The notes below the pieces were generated by a model. It saw nothing but the letters and a program-made list of their open reading frames with translations, had not been told where the DNA came from and searched no databases. A stretch of DNA of 64,000 nucleotides from Octopus sinensis (lineage: Eukaryota). The stretch covers positions 29,760,001 through 29,824,000 of the forward strand of contig NC_043009.1 of NCBI RefSeq assembly GCF_006345805.1, written 5' to 3'. The position numbers were made by a program, and so were the translations under genes. This document shows, in pieces, positions 35,671 through 49,960 of the stretch (its first letter is position 1; each line of letters starts with the position of its first letter).

Positions 35671-37022
35671 CTTTATTTAAAAGCCTTTTGTTTCAAAACT
35701 GAAGTTTTCATAAATCATTTCATTCTCCACGAAGGATACGTAGAGACAGCTGAATAAAAATCGACGTCATCATTTTCAATAATGGCTCTGTACTTGGCAG
35801 TAAATAAAACTTTTATCACACTTCTATCGCTGTTTATGGTTACTGAATGATGAATCTTGTAGGTACAAGTAACCTCTTAATGAATGCCCGAAACTATAAA
35901 CTAATCGATGTTTAAACGGCAAGGTAGTGATACATCTCTAGAATACATTGCGTTCACATCAGTGAAAATTAGAGAACCGTGCGCTCAAGTCGGAGAATGG
36001 CTTTGTAGGAAACAAGGAGATATATTGGTTCCTGACATAAAGACAAGATAATAAATTTATAGAAACGAATTTAGTTGATAGTGTTGTGCCAATTATTAAC
36101 TGGCGCATGGTCTATTGATTATTCCTGTAAATCTGAAAAACAAAGACGGCCTTGATAGTGTTTGGTCTCACAACTTAAATAAATGGAATAAAACAGCACA
36201 ATATGTTATTTTGTCCGCTGCTCTAGTATTTATATCGATCCCCGTTTATCAAATATGATATTAAAAGTTGATATTGATTTTACTCTACTATAGACAACAT
36301 GGTTTCAAAGTGTGTATTAGGGTATTCGTAATCCTATTCAATTTATTATCTCACTGGCACATTTTATCGACTCTAGAAAGAGATACTTTCCTGACTCGAA
36401 GGAATTCAGAATTGCCGCCTTAATAACACTCGCAATTCATCTCTCTTCTTATAAAAATTAATTTTTTTTATCAAACTTCACCGTATTTTAATTATTTTAG
36501 ATCTTTTGATTTGAGTCCTTTTAAGTTTATTTTATGTTTTTATCTAGAATAATGGTAAGCTTGTAATATTCCCTTAGGAATTAGTAACAATGGTTTTGGA
36601 TGAATTGCAGAAAGTCTCTTGGCACTATATCTCGTACACGTTTATTTAATATATACAACTTTAAGCAAAATATAGGTAAAGGCTCAGCAGCTGTTCTTTG
36701 AAACATTTCATAATTCTCTTTAATTTGTCATAAAAGCAAGCTTTCAGTTACGTTTAAAATGCAAAATGAGAATATATCATTCAAAAATATCAACAATGTA
36801 CTTTCTTTTGCAAGATGCATGTAGACATACTCTTTTTTATGATGGTGTTCACATTTTATTACATCCGTTTCCTGGGAGTATGTTTGCTACACATTTATCA
36901 TTCATGTGAACCTGTTGCCAGTAGCTTTAGAAACCTGATGAGAACTGCGATAAATTTTCTATGCTCTACTTTTAGACACACAATCTTTGTTGTTTGCCAT
37001 GCGACAGAGTAGATAAAAATTG

Positions 37023-37228
37023 GTTTCAAATGTTGGCACAAAGCCAGCAATTACGAAGATGGGGGTTTACATTGATCGATATGATCAACTGGTGCTTATT
37101 TTATTGAGCCCAAAAGGATGAACAGCAAAGTCGACCGCAGTGGAATGTGAGCTGTGAGCCTAAGTACGAACGAAATGCCGCTAAGGATTTCACTTAGCGT
37201 ACTGGCGATTCTGGTAGCCCCACGCCTA
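37023..37228 (-). mobile_element. SINE family A, old diverged copy
   Basis: tttcaaatgttggcacaaagccagcaat tail; aaaaggatgaacagcaaagtcgacc core; aaatgccgctaagga head. Confidence 0.8.
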
Positions 37229-37494
37229 AGAGTTGATAAATATCAAACCCAACATGTTACCATTACTATATACCTTACAAAGGGTATTTAGTTTTTTGTT
37301 TACTTGTTCATATGTTTACTGCCTCGTTCCGTCTTGAAAACTCAACAGGAAAGTAATGGCTATCGTTTTAGCAGTTTCTCTTATTGTTACAGTGAACACA
37401 ACCAGCACTGCTAAGTTTAATGAATTATGGCATGCATTTATGTCAATAGACTAATCCAAATTAATTCATCTTTATTGTACCCATGACTCATATT

Positions 37495-38084
37495 CTTTTC
37501 TACTCTAGGCACAAAGCTCGAACTTTTTAGGGTGGGAGCCCAGGCGATTAGATCAACCCCAGGACGTAATTGGTACTTAATTTATCGACCGCGAAAAGAT
37601 GAAAGACAAAATCGACCACGGCGGAATTTTACAGACGACATATCGCTAAGGATTTCAGAACGTAAAGAAAGACGAAATACCTATTTCTTTATTACCCACA
37701 AGGGGTTAAACATAGAGGGGATAAACAAGGACAGATAAACGGATTAAGTCGGTTATATCGACGCCAGTGCTTAATTGGTACTTATTTAATCCACCCCGAA
37801 AGGATGAAAGGCAAAGTCGACCTCGGTGGAATTTGAACTTAGAACGTAGCGGCAGACGAAATACCTATTTCTTACTACCCACAAGGGGCTAAACACAGAG
37901 AAGACAAACAAGGACAGACAAACGGATTAAGTAGATTGCATCGACCCCAATGCGTAACTGGTACTTAATGTATTGACTCCGAAAGGATGAAAGGCAAAGT
38001 CGACCTCGGTGGAATTTGAATTCAGAACGTAACGGCAGACGAATTTCGCGCGGTGTGCTAACGTTTCTGCCAGCTCACCGCCTT
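37495..38084 (-). mobile_element. SINE family A concatemer: one head, three cores, period 183-184 bp
   Basis: gacgaa anchor at 37671, 37855 and 38038; alternative tail ctatttctt..tacccacaagggg.taaaca.agag..ga.aaacaaggacaga.aaacggattaagt present twice. Confidence 0.9.
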
Positions 38085-39639
38085 GCCCATTACCCACATT
38101 GTAAGTCTCATATCATTTGGTTGTTAAGTTCATTTATATTAAAAGGGAGATAATCAGCTTCCTACGAATCTACGTTTCGTTAATGACGTACAAGGAATAT
38201 AATATATATTTATTTATCTAAATGCATATAAATATATATGCATTTTGTTTCATTTTCTACTGTTTGAGAGATTGTCGCCTCTATATACGTATATACAATC
38301 TATTTTAGTGTAATTGAATCTCATTAATATAGAGTGTAAATGAACATCAGTACATTTTAACTAATGTAAATTGCTCTACAATACATAAATTCATTTACTG
38401 TAGAAGAGAAGAAATAATAAAAGTGTGTAATGCATGTTGGTCAGGAATTTATTATTTCGATCACATAGAACTTATACATGTAAGACAGTGTTACCTTATT
38501 TAGATACGATGTTCTATGGACTGTATTTTCAACGGAGTCTCCGGCTCTGAATTTGTTGGTCTACTAGTTATGTCTATAATCGCTTTAAATCTCTATAGAT
38601 TTTTTTCTTTTTTTTTTTGTAATGAAGACTAGAATATCTCGTAACATAAATGGATGCCTATTTACTCTTAAATTAATTACTTTAAGAGTGACAAATGTCA
38701 GCTGACATACACAAAGTTATTGCGTAATAATGAATTATCGAAAAACAACTTCAGTTTAATTAAACTAGAATTTGAACCAACATTAACTGATTGACTGATA
38801 AACCATTCATCGGTTTTAAAAGTCTGAAATCTTTACTCTGATATCAGACATTCGTTTCAAACCAAGATGCTGTCCGGGCACTAAAGTAACGATTTATTTT
38901 CTGCTTCTTATTTGAATTATTTACACCAGAAAGGAAGTTAACAGACCTGCAGGATAAAAAGTGAAAAGAACAGATTAGAAAATAAGAGATGAACACACAA
39001 AAAGAGAAATCAGAATAAAATAACTAGGTGACTTAAGAAAAGTTGGAGACATTGTAAAATTCTTTCATTGCTTCTGGGGCAAATGCTTGGTAAGGTGATA
39101 TTTCTGTACAAAAAAAAATTAAATTTAACTACTGAAACTGGCGGAACGAATACATTTTGTTTCCAGATAAATTGCTCAATAGCTCTAAAACACAGATATA
39201 TTCACTGTCTTTAGGTGCGTGACATCATCTGATAAGTATCGAGGGCATTAATGTTGGATGTATAGGTTTCCTGTCACAATTAGCGCTGTAACAGTCAATA
39301 GCTTTCTACATCATTAGAAACAGAACAATAAAACGCCTGTTTCTGCCTCATGCAAATTCCGTCTGGAGTCGATTGCTAAGTGCAGGCAGAACAATATTGA
39401 ACTAGTAATAGAAATCACTGTTAAATAATGTGTTCCGTTTTCTTTAAACTTTTTCAAAATTATCATAAACATTGTCGTACGCTAAGAGATTTTTAAATAA
39501 ATAATGTGTAAAATAATACCAAAAAGCTAAAGTATGTTCCAGCACGTCCAAGAAACAAACTTTTATAGACGAAAATTGAATTTTCAGAGAATGAAATTAC
39601 ATAAGCAAAAGTTTGGTCCTCTGTTTCCATATAAATATG

Positions 39640-39675
39640 ATACATACACGCTTGTACGGTACGTACACACATATG

Positions 39676-39738
<63 letters not shown>

Positions 39739-39874
39739 TACATATATATATACATATATATGTATGTGTATATATATATAATCCATACACAATTGTATAA
39801 GTATATATATACGTATATGTATACGTATATATACATGAACACACACATATCTATATAAACATACATATATACAT

Positions 39875-39908
<34 letters not shown>

Positions 39909-39934
39909 ATACATATATATGCAAATACATATAT

Positions 39935-40014
<80 letters not shown>

Positions 40015-40050
40015 TTATATATACGTATATAAGACATACACACACACATA
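39640..40050. repeat. (TA)/(CA) microsatellite
   Basis: Read directly from the sequence. Confidence 0.95.
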
Positions 40051-40215
40051 TCTTCCATCTTTAGCTGCTTCAGCGATTGAGTTGCGAGGCTTAATTGTTT
40101 TAATCCAACCAATCGACCCCAAATATTTTATTCTCTCAATCACTAAACGCGTATCGCTAAGTTATGCACGCATGAACAGATTGTGAAGCAATGGCAGGGG
40201 ACAAACACACAGATC
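40050..40215 (-). mobile_element. SINE family C 3' fragment, heavily diverged
   Basis: aatcgacccc..., cgctaagtta..., aagcaatgg..ggggacaaacaca match 19590-19725. Confidence 0.55.
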
Positions 40216-41657
40216 AGATTTGAGGGAGATTTCGATGATTTTTCCTAATGATTCGATGGAGATTGAAGGGCAATGGCTGCTAGTTCGATAATCAAAGGAA
40301 GGGATAAAGTAATGACTAATTAAAGAGATCGAACCTTGAAATCACGTGGATACAAATGTAAAGCAATTTCCTTAACTACGCTGTTACGCCTGCGCAAATT
40401 ATTTGTATTCATTTGTATTCATTTGTTACTGTTGCTTTTTTAATGACCCCTAAATGATTTTCAATGTCAAAATAAAAAGTAAAGAAAAACATTGTGTTAG
40501 AACTGCTTTTTCTAACATTATAAAAATAATGCCATCGTTCTTTCCCACGGCATGGTTATAGTCTATCTTTAAAATATAGGCACTCTTTCACTTTTCAGAT
40601 AATCTTTTTGTTATGAAACTCATATTTATTTCATCTCAAATAACAATGTATTTCAGGAATTTATTCTTGGGTCATGGGAACGTTGAAAACCTATTTTCAT
40701 TTTAAATATAATGTTTGGAAAAGCATGCATATTTTGAAATCTTTTTTCCTTTCTTCCTTCTTTGCAATTGTCATTTTCTTCATACATTCAGTTCTAATTT
40801 TAGTTTTTAATGTCACCAATGTTATTGGAATAGTTAGAGCTATGTAAGAATATATATCCTTTCAGAGATTTTTATTGACCTAATGCTCAAATAGAAATAA
40901 AATATCCGTCATTTCAAAAGCCTTACATAGTCTCTTAAGCTAAAAAATATCTTAAATCCATGATAAAGTATTGTATATTTTTATAAGCTGTTCAGCTTGG
41001 GATGAAAAATCAAAATAGAAAAGTACGGTTTACACTATGAAAGGCAAACGCTGGGGATTGCTGCAAAACTTTGATCGTTTAGATGTGATTCTCAGTATTA
41101 TCCCACAAGTAGATATGTATTAGATACATCTTAATTTTGCATTTATACGCCAATTTGATAAACGATAGATGTAAATTTGAACTCTAGGCTTCTAACTAAA
41201 ACCTGGGTTTGGAACGTTTAGCGTAAAGAAAAGGATAAAGCTAAGACACAAAATTGTTTGTACTTTAATTCTCTTGATTCTTTTCTGATCTTATATAGTT
41301 ACCTTCCAATTTTTGGTTGTTTGATTTAGAGCTACTTATCTTCGCATTATTCAAGTCCTAATATAGAAGAGTAAATTTTTCTTATCAAACATTCAAGTCA
41401 AACGGATTACTTACACGTTGCCTCGTTTCACCACGTTTTTATTTTGCACTTGTAAGAAAATGAATCGCTTCAGTAAGTATTTTCTTTTCATTTATAATCT
41501 GAATATACGATTAAAGGCCTTATTATGTTGAAAAACTTTATAGCACACACTCACACACACACATGCACACGTATTTGTATATGTGTATATATGCATATAT
41601 ATATATGTGTATGTGTATATATATATATACATACACATAAAACTATATATACATGTT

Positions 41658-41692
<35 letters not shown>

Positions 41693-43021
41693 CTGTGTGT
41701 AAAGAGAAATAAACAAAATATTGCGATTTAAGCAAACGAAATTATCTTTTTAAAGATATTGATGTTAATGATCTTCCTTCCACTGACACACTTTAACTGA
41801 TTCAATTCACAGTAACTTGATTCATTTTGTTTGAAATATAAGGGAAAACAAAATGGCACTTTATCTCTGCAAGAGATATTCTTATTAACGCTCTTATCAC
41901 ATTGAAGTGAGATTAACTTTGACTGCCTTGTAAGCTGATAAGGAAACCTTATTCTGTTTAGCGTACAAAGCTAAATTCGTATCTGAGAGTAAGCTTATAA
42001 TTTTAGCAAAGTTGTTTTAGTCTTAAGATATTAAATTCCACGAAACAATTTTCGATGTATATCAAGTTTGAATGAAAATAATTTCTGTGATAAGGTGTGT
42101 CAATGTAACGTTACAAATATTTTGGGCCGTCGTTTATCTATGGGGTGTGAAGAAAACAATCCGATTTAGAAAATGGAAACAGTATAATGGTATTGATTCA
42201 ATTGATGTATGTTAATTGTGCGAAATTTCAAATATTTAATGGCAAGATAATCTATACCCTGAGTTCGCTTCCCATTTAAAGACATTTATATTTCTCATAG
42301 AAAATGCTGTTTCGAAAGGTGAAAATATTTCACTGCACTTCCTGTAATTCGAACTATTCTATTTATGCTTATTGTAATGAAAATTATTAGAGTAACATTC
42401 AGGAAATACCACACTGTTAAAGTTAATCAGACATTCTTCAGTTTGGATTCTAGTGACTAGAAATTGTCGCCGCCAATGAAGCCCGTCCGGGATTCCATGA
42501 CTTGTGCGATGATGTGAGTAACTTACTCATACAATCAATGAAAGTCTGACCCAAAGGTATGCAACAGTATCGATTCATTTATAGTCAACCATATACCAAG
42601 TGGTATGAAGGAATAATGGACCTTTCACCGGGTTACCTCCAAGATTCTATCTGCTACAACTCTTTAGAACAGGGGTTATAACAGAAATCACTTCTTTGTG
42701 TTTCGTAAATTAACCGTATCCACAAATAGATAGAAGCAAGAGACCTGTGTAACCAAAAAGTTATGTTTAAATCCCCATTTAATGCTGACAAATGTTTTGC
42801 TCATTCTGCGGCACAGCGTACAACTAACAGAGCATGCAGTTATTTATATAAGATGTTACTCTTAAAGAATTTAGAGCCTTTAACGTTAGAGTTAGTAGGC
42901 TGAATATTATGGAAAAGCATTATATTCTTTTTTATTTGTTTTCTTCTTTTTATTTTGCTTCTCTTCTGTCAGTATGAGTTATTTCAATGTTTATTATATA
43001 TTTTAACAATAAGAGCAACTT

Positions 43022-43330
43022 GAATTTCGCTGGTGACGACAATGAGTGTTCCAGGTGATACAAACAAGGGAACTCAGGTGCAAGTGGCTGAGCACTCCAC
43101 AGACACTTGCGTACCCTTCACGTAGTTCTCAAGGTGATTCGGCGTGACACAAAATGTTCCAAGGCCGGACATTCGAATTACTAGTATAACTCATATTTGC
43201 AAACTCACTGGACTGGAACAAAGGGGAAATAAAATGTCTTGCACAAGGACATAACCCGCCACCGGTAATCGAACTCACAACCTTACGATATTGAACCGAA
43301 TACCGAAACCCCTAAGCCACGAGCTTTCAC
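43022..43330 (-). mobile_element. Old tRNA-derived SINE sharing the family B 3' domain but with a different body
   Basis: gtggctgagcactccacagacac..gtaccctt.acgtagttctc..gg.gattc.gcgtgacac shared with family B; head-proximal part differs (tgtcttgcacaaggacataac..ggtaatcgaactcacaacctt..ccctaagccacg). Confidence 0.75.
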
Positions 43331-43460
43331 TAAAGTCAGACAGAAATGTCTCGGCATAGATATTGTTATAACATTAGGTGCTTGATTATTGCATCTTGGC
43401 ACAAACAAGTTGACGTAACAATGATTCTTCCTGTTACACTGAGGAAGGACATAAGTACAG

Positions 43461-43628
43461 GTTCTTTTATTCTTTTATTTGTTTCTGTCATTTGACTGTG
43501 GCCATGCTGGAGCACCGCCTTTAGTCGAACAAATCGACCCCAGATTCTATCGGGCTCTTTTGCCGTACCGTTACGTTACGGGTACGTTAACACACCAACA
43601 TCGGTTGTCAAGCGATGGTGGGCAGACG
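43461..43628 (-). mobile_element. SINE family C 3' fragment
   Basis: tgtttc.gtcatttgactg.ggccatgctggagcaccgcctttagtcga.caaatc.acccc near-identical to 19540-19605. Confidence 0.88.
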
Positions 43629-44648
43629 TATATTCAAATATATTTCGGTTACAATATAAACGATAGTAAGATGGCTGGAAAACCTCGTTGTTTGACATTT
43701 TCGTTTTGACTTAGTTCATCTGTTTCATTCGATCGTTTGAGGTGAATTACCAATAAAAACAGAGATTGTATATCACGTTGAATATTTAAATTAGCAAAAT
43801 CACAAAAATATATCAAAAGTCAATTTGAAATTTAAAAAATGTGACTTCATATTTGAGGGAAGAGAGAAATAAGCTAATATAAAAAGACACGTTCCAGTCC
43901 TATTCCTTCACATCAGCATGCACCAGTATAATTACTTAATTGTTAATTGTCGTTTAAGTAACTCAGAAAGCCTATAAGCGATAAACATTTATGGAATCAG
44001 CAGACAAAAAAAATTTAATAATTAAGTGACTGACAGCTATACTTATCTATTTCTAATTATTAGAGACGGGTAATGCAGCTCAAAACTTAGTCATTACTTA
44101 TGATAGCTGTGAGCTACATGCAACGTAATTCAACTCCATTGGTCATGTTTGCTGAAGCTGCACTGATAGAAATGACAAAAGTGCTAACTATTTGGCGAAA
44201 GTGATTTGCTATTCCAAATTAGTAAAAATAAAAGAAAAGAGAAAAGAGAAAATAATTCCGAGCATTAAAGAAATAACGAAAATGTAAATATATATTATGA
44301 AATATTAAGTTGAATAAAATCGACAAAAAATGAACTTTAATTAATGAAAAAAATTAACCAAATGAAAAATAGGAAATGTTTATATGTAATCTCAGATAAA
44401 ATATTTGTATTTAAACGAATGTTTTCAAATATTTGTTTTGGATTTTTATAAAATTTGTGTTCATAATTTACATTTCAGTGTTTCCTTTTTTTGTAATGGA
44501 ACACCTGCATACTTTATTTCGCGAGATCAGTGGATGAATTATCAGTTGAGCACTAAGAATGATGCATTCGATACCCTTCAACCAGAAATCAAGTTACTCC
44601 TCTACCGGCCTTGAGCCAAATTTGAAATCAACATTGGTGTCACTTTTA

Positions 44649-44826
44649 AGGCGGCGGACTGCTTAGAACACAAGACAGCATTTCGCCCGTCTACATGCTG
44701 TGTGAAAATATTGCCCAGGTCGACTTTGCCTTTCATCTTTTCTGGGTGAATAATAAAATTACTTCGATGTAATTGATTAGCACCTCGAAATTGCCGGCTT
44801 TGTGCTAAAATTTGAAAGCAGTATTG
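44649..44826 (+). mobile_element. SINE family A, diverged
   Basis: caggtcgactttgcctttcatc core; gaaattgccggctttgtgctaaaatttgaaag tail. Confidence 0.75.
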
Positions 44827-44838
44827 GTGACACTTCTA

Positions 44839-44899
44839 AGCAGGTGAGCTGGCGGAATCGTTAACACGCTGGTTTTGTGCCAAAATTTGAAACAAATAT
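44839..44899 (+). mobile_element. Mini family A SINE: head fused directly to tail
   Basis: agcaggtgagctggcggaatcgttaacacgc joined to tggttttgtgccaaaatttgaaacaaatat. Confidence 0.75.
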
Positions 44900-46485
44900 C
44901 TGTCACTTCCCACTGATCTTTCTGTGTTATGAGAGTAGGAGATGCCACACAGTTGAAATAGGTATTCAAAAATTACAAAATATTGTTTCATATCTCTCTT
45001 CATGGCTTCACAGTTGAACCCGATCACAAGCATAGCGACGTGTGTTGCAGTAGAGACATTTTTTCTCTACCCCTCTACTTCTTAACTGTTCTTGAGGGAG
45101 ACGTACCAGAGATAGTAAGAACTATATCCAGATGAATTGTAAGTATAGATCCCATCAATTGTATGACACGATTATTGAAGTTATGTATAGGTTTTAATTG
45201 GGATTAGGCGGCCATTAAATTTTGGAAGTGATAGAAGTGGTTGAAAAAGAGCACAGCAACGAAAAATGATTCTGAACTAAATAACAGGCAATTAAAGAAC
45301 AAAAAATGTTCTTCTACGTCATAGAATACTGATTAAATTGAATTTCACTAAATTTCTGGCGGAAAAAAAAACAAACTTCTGAAGAAAAATATCACGAACA
45401 TTGATGCACCCTGGCCTAGAAACATCAAATTGCTTCGTTGATTTAAGCAAAATTTGATTTCCCGTAAAAGAGCACATTTACAAAATCTGGTGCGGTGAAA
45501 TTTGTAGAGTTAATATAGCTGGAAGACATTCGTACAACGTATTGTTGAGATCATTCGGTGACAGTATTATCTCCCTTCCCCATTAGTCACAACAATAAGG
45601 TATTGGGATGTCGTTATAAGTTTCTGTTTGAAGATAAGTATCTGAAACTTATGATGAGAACCTAGTTAACTTCTTTCCTTGAATAGCCAGGTTTTGCCGA
45701 TGCTAATATTTTGTAAAAGATTTTAAATATTCTAATATCCCCAGTTATGCAAATTCTAAAAATATATTTTAGTATATTTTTTATACCGGTCTACTGTTCG
45801 AGATTTGTAAATATGTTTCTGTTAAAAGATTCAGTCTGGATGTGAAGCATTTTTCACTCAAAGCAGTATAATCAAAAGAAAATTAGGCATTCGCTGTCAG
45901 CGCGTGGGCAGAAGTGATGGAATTTGTAGGGAACAACAGAAATTACTAAAGGTAAATTTGGGGGTTTAATGTTAACACATATATACACACGGAAGTCTTA
46001 AAAAATGAGTGATCCTCCTGATTTTTTTTATAAATGAAAATCACAAAACATTATAGTCTAATCGCTCGTTTAATCTCATATTTTTTTAAGACTTATTAGA
46101 ATAACATTTCGAGTTGAATTCCTAGTAAACGTCCCATGTATCAAAGCCCTATATGCATACCTATAAATACTAAGAAAATAGAAATTATTATGGACTTAGC
46201 CAACGTATCAATATCGTATTGATATAACCTGAAAGTGGTACTTTCGGATCATAGACCTGGTAAAGTGTTCAGTAAAATTTACGGTGGTAATTAGGTACTT
46301 CTGCTTAAATTGTAATTTCAGATCTCACCTAGACTGATTTTGAATTTTACTTCTCAGGAATCTATACAACTACTATTGGTCATATTCTTTGGTAGGGTTA
46401 ATCGATTACCGTTGCATCAATGGGAAATGCTATATTACGTCGGCTTTGTTTATTATATTATGATATAATGGAATTATATATATAT

Positions 46486-46517
<32 letters not shown>

Positions 46518-46729
46518 ATATACAGTCAAAAATTGTGAAGCATGACTGTCACCACTACTACATGAACCCGAAGATTGCAGAATTCAATGCATGAAAGTAC
46601 TAGTTCAATCAGAATGAACATTTAACATTCTACTATTTCATTTTATTTTATTCAATTATCTTATAATATATCATTATAAGATTGTAAATAAAACGTGAAA
46701 ATCAGACAAGGTTGGAATTCCTTTTATTA

Positions 46730-46911
<182 letters not shown>

Positions 46912-49900
46912 ATTGGTGTTATAGACGAAGAGCTAATTCTGAACATCTCCCCACTACCGGTATTTACTGCAAGTGATAAACAGTGAAACAGCTTCTGAAA
47001 GAGTTAGCGTTCATTTCATGTTAAAATATCAAAATCAGAGGTTGGAAATATTATAATAAATTGAATCAATAATCTTACTAAAACCAAAACTATGGAGCCA
47101 TTTAAACAACATAAACATCGTCTCTGTCTCCAAATGGTTGACCATTCGCCACTATTGAATATAAATTGCACGGGTTGTCATAATAAAGATTATAAAAAAA
47201 AATAAAACAATTGATTTAATGTTATGCAGATTTTTCACACGAGAAATAAATAAAATGAAATCAGTGAATAGCCTCACTAAGAGCCAATATATTGATATTG
47301 TGCTGGTAAAACAAAGAAAAACAAATAAAAAATAAACAACATCGTTTTTTTTTTACAGACCTGCATTTTTAGAGAATGTATATTTAAAAACTGTGTTTTG
47401 GGGTTCAAAAGTTGTAATCCATAAATTCTTATGAAGTGTTACTATTTGAATAGGAGAATTAAAAGAAATATATCGTAAAATACAATTGTAGGAATACAAA
47501 TTTAATAATGCCATGATTAAGCAAAGGAATCAATACTTTGTCTTTGCAATGTGTTAGAAATAGTAGTTAAATTTCCCTCAAATTATACCGTCCAATCTTA
47601 TATGGAAAAGAATGCTACATGATGTGATGTATATATGCACATTCATCTGCTGGAAAATCAAAGAAGAATTAACCTGAAAAGTTTTGATCGTAGTTAAGGT
47701 GGTGCTTACTGCTATTAAATGTGATGATATAGATCAAATGGTTCCTTCTCTAATAATACTGCAATATCTCCTGCATCATATCAGAAATTATTTAACTTTT
47801 GCCACACATTCTCTCTCTCTCTCTCTCTCACTCACTCACACACACATACGCACACATGTACACACGCATACACACACACACGTACAAATACACTCTCACA
47901 TACATATATTATAAAAGATGGCTTATAGAGTGTAACCACAATTGATGTCTATATAAAAACGAGCGTTTGGTAAGCATTCTTCGCATGAACAGCATTTTGC
48001 TTCAGTGACAATATATTACGGAGAAAGTGAGAGTTAGTTACCGAGATAGGTATTACGGGAAAGTTTGCTTTCGTTTGCTTCAGGTCAAAAAATCGCTCTT
48101 GGTATTCTCATCTGACCTATTAGGAAAGGTGCTGGGAAATCTAATGAAAAAATCTAGTTTTAATGAACTGATTACGTATAAAACTGTTTTCACTTATGTA
48201 TGTGGATCAATAAACCGTAGGACGAACAATAATATCAACTGCCAAAAGATCCAAAATTTGACGTAGCTAGATATAATTTTACATGTCAACTGGCAGCGCA
48301 ATGCATGCTTATTAAAGTAGATTCCTATGTGTGTCAACACGGAGAATATATTGCCCAGTAATCCAAATATAAGCTATAAGCGAAGAAAGAAAATTCAGCA
48401 AAAATTGTTCTATGGTATCATCGATTTATGCTCTGCTCGGTTCTTTGTACATTTGTAGTCAAACCTAAACCAGTGAATATCGAACGACATATACATACAC
48501 AACCTACACGTTATATAAAACCGATTAATTTAAGTGTTTTACCTTACCTGTGAATCAAACTTTCTTTTGTCTTATTTATGGCGAATTGTCATGTCAGCCT
48601 TTTTCTGCCTTCATATTATCCGGCCCTAATTAGAAACTGAAAACACCATGATACCTATATTAGAGATACGTAAGTGGTTCCAAAAATACTTGCCACCATG
48701 TCTTCCGCAATAGGATATAGCACGACGTATTTAAAAATTATATAAAAACAATGGTGCAGTATCACGACATATTTAATTTCTTTGAAAAGATTGTTTTGTT
48801 TAATAGTTAAGCATTTCTGCTACAGGTGGCTGACAGCTTTCTCTTTTAACAAATACTTATAAAACATTACGTTAAAAGGTATAAAATTATCTGAAAAACC
48901 CAGTTAATCTGAGATTACATTTCAGCATGGTTGCTCCAATATTATGTAACAATGTATATAGAAAAACAAAGAAACAGTCATCCCATTTCCTCCGCTGATT
49001 TCTTGTAGCTTTATGTTATACCACTTATCCCCAATCAAAGGAACAAAGTATTACAAATCAGATTCAGATATATAATTGCTAAATAACATTGTTAGTGCCT
49101 TAGTGAAAGGTAAGATGGGTTTATAATATTGAAGCTTAATTCACGAATGGAAAAATTTAGCAAAATTAAACATTCTACTAGTGTGTCATTATTGTTTATG
49201 CATATCTGTTCAAACAATTTGTTTGAAGACATGACTAAAGCTTCCGGTAAAGCAAAAGTCCACTTTATTTAGAAAAGCATGAGTAGAGATAAAGGGTTAA
49301 GAAGTTTAGTCTTATTCAAGTGGTTTCATTTCAATTTGATTAAACCTCATATGAAGCATGTGCCTTCATCGATTAACTCTGGGTTGACCAATAGATTTCA
49401 AGAGAAATGTAATCGATATAGTTAGGTTCTATTCATACATACGTATATACACATACATAAATACATACATATATAATATACATATAACCACAAAGAACGT
49501 GTCAATATGAGATTGAACTTTTTACCCTCAGGGAAGTTTCTTCTGCTATCAGTTCTCAACTCTTTCTTTCATATTTTAAAAATCGTTCACAGAAAGGGTC
49601 TGTCCAAATCTTTTGAATCTCAGTAACACATTTTAAGAGATAGTTCGTAGATAGAAATGTATTAGTCTTAAAAAAACATTAGTTCCTTACTTTGTTAAAG
49701 CCTTACTCATGTCCTTGGCAATTGTCTGTTATATCAAAATCCTGAGCGTTTATTTATCAGAAACATATGCAAAAAATGCTTCTTAAACTGCGAGATTAAC
49801 CTTTTTCTGAATATTTTCTTTTTTTTTATCAAAGCGAAAGTCCCGACGAAACTATCGACGGTAAAATATTGTCACACAATATTCTATATTTACTTATTTA

Positions 49901-49919
49901 ATTTTCCTGTATATATATA

Positions 49920-49960
<41 letters not shown>

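Noticed and set aside
37495-38084. CRISPR-like array
   Set aside because: Units are ~183-bp SINE-derived sequence with no unique spacers, there are no cas genes, and the context is eukaryotic.
48549-48625. Minus-strand exon with strong donor CAG|GTAAG
   Set aside because: All three frames contain stops; at best a non-coding exon, which cannot be supported without RNA data.
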